Below, piece after piece: positions 61,529 to 64,000 of a stretch of DNA of 64,000 bases; position 1 is the stretch's first letter, and every line of letters begins with the position of its first letter. Origin of the DNA: Catajapyx aquilonaris (Eukaryota); assembly GCA_000934665.2 (NCBI GenBank), contig KZ538493.1:1-64000 (forward strand). Reading direction: 5' to 3'. The notes beneath the pieces are model-generated. The model saw only the letters and a list, made by a program, of their open reading frames with translations, did no database searches and was not told where the DNA came from. Made by a program: the position numbers and the translations under genes.

Positions 61529-61855
61529 GTCCTCCTCAGCAATATTCCAACAAGCGGTCCTTCAGCAGGGAATGGAAATGGGAGGAAAAGGAAGCGATGG
61601 CAGAAGAAGGAAAGAAAAACCAGAACTAGACAGATGCCATGTTGGGCGCATTCGGATCGACGGCACTTTACCTCCAAAGAACTGTTCAAAATGTAAATCA
61701 TTTTCTGGGTTGAATATGTCACAATGCCCTTCGCAATTAAAATATAACATCTTCAAAAGTGGGCTGGATAAATCCATTAAATATGTACCTCAAAGTCAGG
61801 AAAGTCAGGAGAGTTCAAGAAAGGCCCCCCCGATACATCAAGATTGGGTGTGTAT

Positions 61856-63212
61856 TCACGTTGTCGTATGAATACGTTGCACATGCAGAGTCATGGCATG
61901 ATTCCAGGTGGATTTATGATTACAAAATGGGCAAGAACATGGCTTCTCTCCTGTATGTTTACGCAAATGCTTCTTCAAATCAGATTTTGTAGCAAGACAT
62001 TTAAGGCACACGTGACAACTGAATGGTTTCTCACCCGTGTGGACCATTCTGTGACGCTTCAGATCATGAGATTTGCTGAAAGCCTTCTCACATACCTCAC
62101 ATTGGTAAGGTTTTAATCCAAGGTGAACAGATTTCCAATGATCTGATAAAGAGTATGTAGTGGTGAAGCTGGTACTGCACAATTTGCAGTAATATTTTGA
62201 TTCACTCCCTTCTGGACGGACCTTACCATGCGCTGAATGGGTCAGCTGATGAGAAACAAATTCTACCTTTTCATTGGTAGCATATGAACACACTTTGCAA
62301 CAGAATGAAGCAGGTTTTTTGGCCCCTTTCCCTCCATTTTCTTTCCTTCTGCATCTTAATAGGGTCCTCACAGTCTCATTTGCCTGGAGACGCTTTGGAG
62401 ATGCACTTCCTCCAGATGTTTCTCCTTGTACCACAAAGCTGTTTTGCTGTCCTGAGTGAGCCTGCATAACCTCCTCTTCCTGTTCAACTTTCACTTCATG
62501 GGACTTGATGCATTCTTCCAGAGCAGATGGAATGTTGAAAGTCTTGTTGCAGATTCCACATTGAAAAGGGTCCCTGGATGGCAGCTGGCTCTTTGGATAA
62601 GAATGGATAAAAATTACTATCAACCAGTCATGATAATAATCCTAAGATGCTTCTGTAAATAACTTGCACACTTTATAATAAGGGATAAAGATTATCCATC
62701 CCTTCCAATTCTCCACGTTGGAAGAAATCCACATGATCGCTTATGTTTGAAATACAGATTTCACCCCTTCTGATCCGTCTTTCCTGCAATTCATTAAGCT
62801 AATTATGCCATGTACATCCTTACAAACTTTTGCTTCCTTCCCTAAACCAGCAGGCAGGCAGAATAAATTGAAGCAAGCTGCACAAAATTTCCGCTGCCAT
62901 TATGACACTTTTGGCAGCATGATGTGTCATAGTCCTACTGCAACAGTCTTCCCAGCCCACTAATCCCCTCCTGTCCACATTATTTCTCTTCCAAGCAGCA
63001 TCCCCATAATCATGCATAATGTAGTTGTCCCGAGCCAATACACTCACATTCTCATGTCGAGATGCATGCAATTCCACTTGTCCACTGAAGGAATCACTGG
63101 CTTCATGACTCTGGTGTAGGGATGGGTTTTCAGTTACACAGTCAACAGTCACATCAACGCTTCCGTCATATTCTCGTGTAGGTAATTCTGGCATATCCTG
63201 CTTCCAGTTTTC
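61856..63212 (-). CDS. Exons 3-4 of another family C2H2 zinc-finger gene (5' exons outside the window)
   Basis: Exon 3 at 63212-63048 (ENWKQDMPEL...RHEN|gtgagt) and exon 4 at 62590-61856 with the full finger set. Confidence 0.85.
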
Positions 63213-64000
63213 CTGCAAGAAAATAACTCCTTTAGTTTTAATGTAAAGCAGAAAGATGTCCTTGCATTGTAATATGCACATATCATCCAACAGGAACACA
63301 CAACAATTTTTTGTGACTATGAAACACTTTGGTACAATCAAATGTCAGCCATAAGGCACATTCATAAAACCACTTCTTTTTTTAAAAACTTTAACTGTAT
63401 AATTTTTTTAACAATGTTGCAGGAAACTGAAATGGATTTGTGAATGGACCTTGAGCCAGTCAACATCCCAAAGGCCTAACCCATGCACAGTGTGTCCAAA
63501 TGCGGGATTGCTTGCACAACAATGGAAAAAGCAAATTGGCCGAGTCCTGTCAAATCTGCCCTAACGTAAGAAATTAATGTCCGAACAATAATAAGAATTT
63601 CTTTGGTAGGTTCCATTGATAAGGGTTTTATACCAGGCAGGTATACTCATGTCGAGTGTTTGCCTGCCACCGTTTTGTGCATATTCAGTCAACTTCTAAT
63701 GGTCACGGAAGAAAGGTCACCGCATTTCCACATTCAGGCTCATCAGGATTTTGAGCTGCGCATAAAATACCTCTGGCTAAGTAATACTAACTCTCTTGCA
63801 GCAATTTGAATGTGACCTTGAAATGTTGGCAGCAGTGGTTCTTTTGTTGAGGATTGCATTATGCGCATATCATAACATTCCTCTCATTTTAAAGACGAAA
63901 AAGTGGATTTCACAAAATTTCACTTCAAATCACACATTAAAAGAAAGACTAGACTCCCCAGGTATAGATTAATTCGTTTCAATGTGGTCACATTTTTCTA

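Overview
Eukaryotic, intron-rich genomic DNA from an invertebrate, probably an arthropod; the species cannot be determined from sequence alone. Two conserved genes sit in the middle, both on the + strand: Taspase 1 (23.4-26.6 kb) and a divergent ATF7IP/Windei-like SETDB1-cofactor gene (30.8-39.6 kb). A duplicated FN3-only ATF7IP copy follows (42.7-44.4 kb). On both sides, converging inward, lies a tandemly expanding gene family. Its members share a promoter motif, an N-terminal coiled-coil exon (core L-E-R-S-L-x-Q-[ST]-D-R-[IM]-E-R...[ML]-x-R-[IM]-E) and, in the intact copies, the same intron phases (1/0/0). Their terminal exons differ: seven C2H2 zinc-finger exons with diversified recognition helices, one basic-helix domain, and one BEN domain (pseudogenised). 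An intact Mutator-derived DEDDh exonuclease ORF lies in sense orientation in an intron of one member, with a phase-compatible acceptor. Two tandem THAP modules lie inside the right-hand cluster. The most interesting reading, which is inference only, is a lineage-specific, KRAB-ZFP-like modular repressor cluster co-located with expanded ATF7IP genes. Introns and spacers carry many SINEs and MITEs (Tc1/mariner-, PIF/Harbinger-, hAT-, P- and piggyBac-like), some of them nested. All exon boundaries were inferred by hand from splice signals and paralog comparison, not from transcript data.
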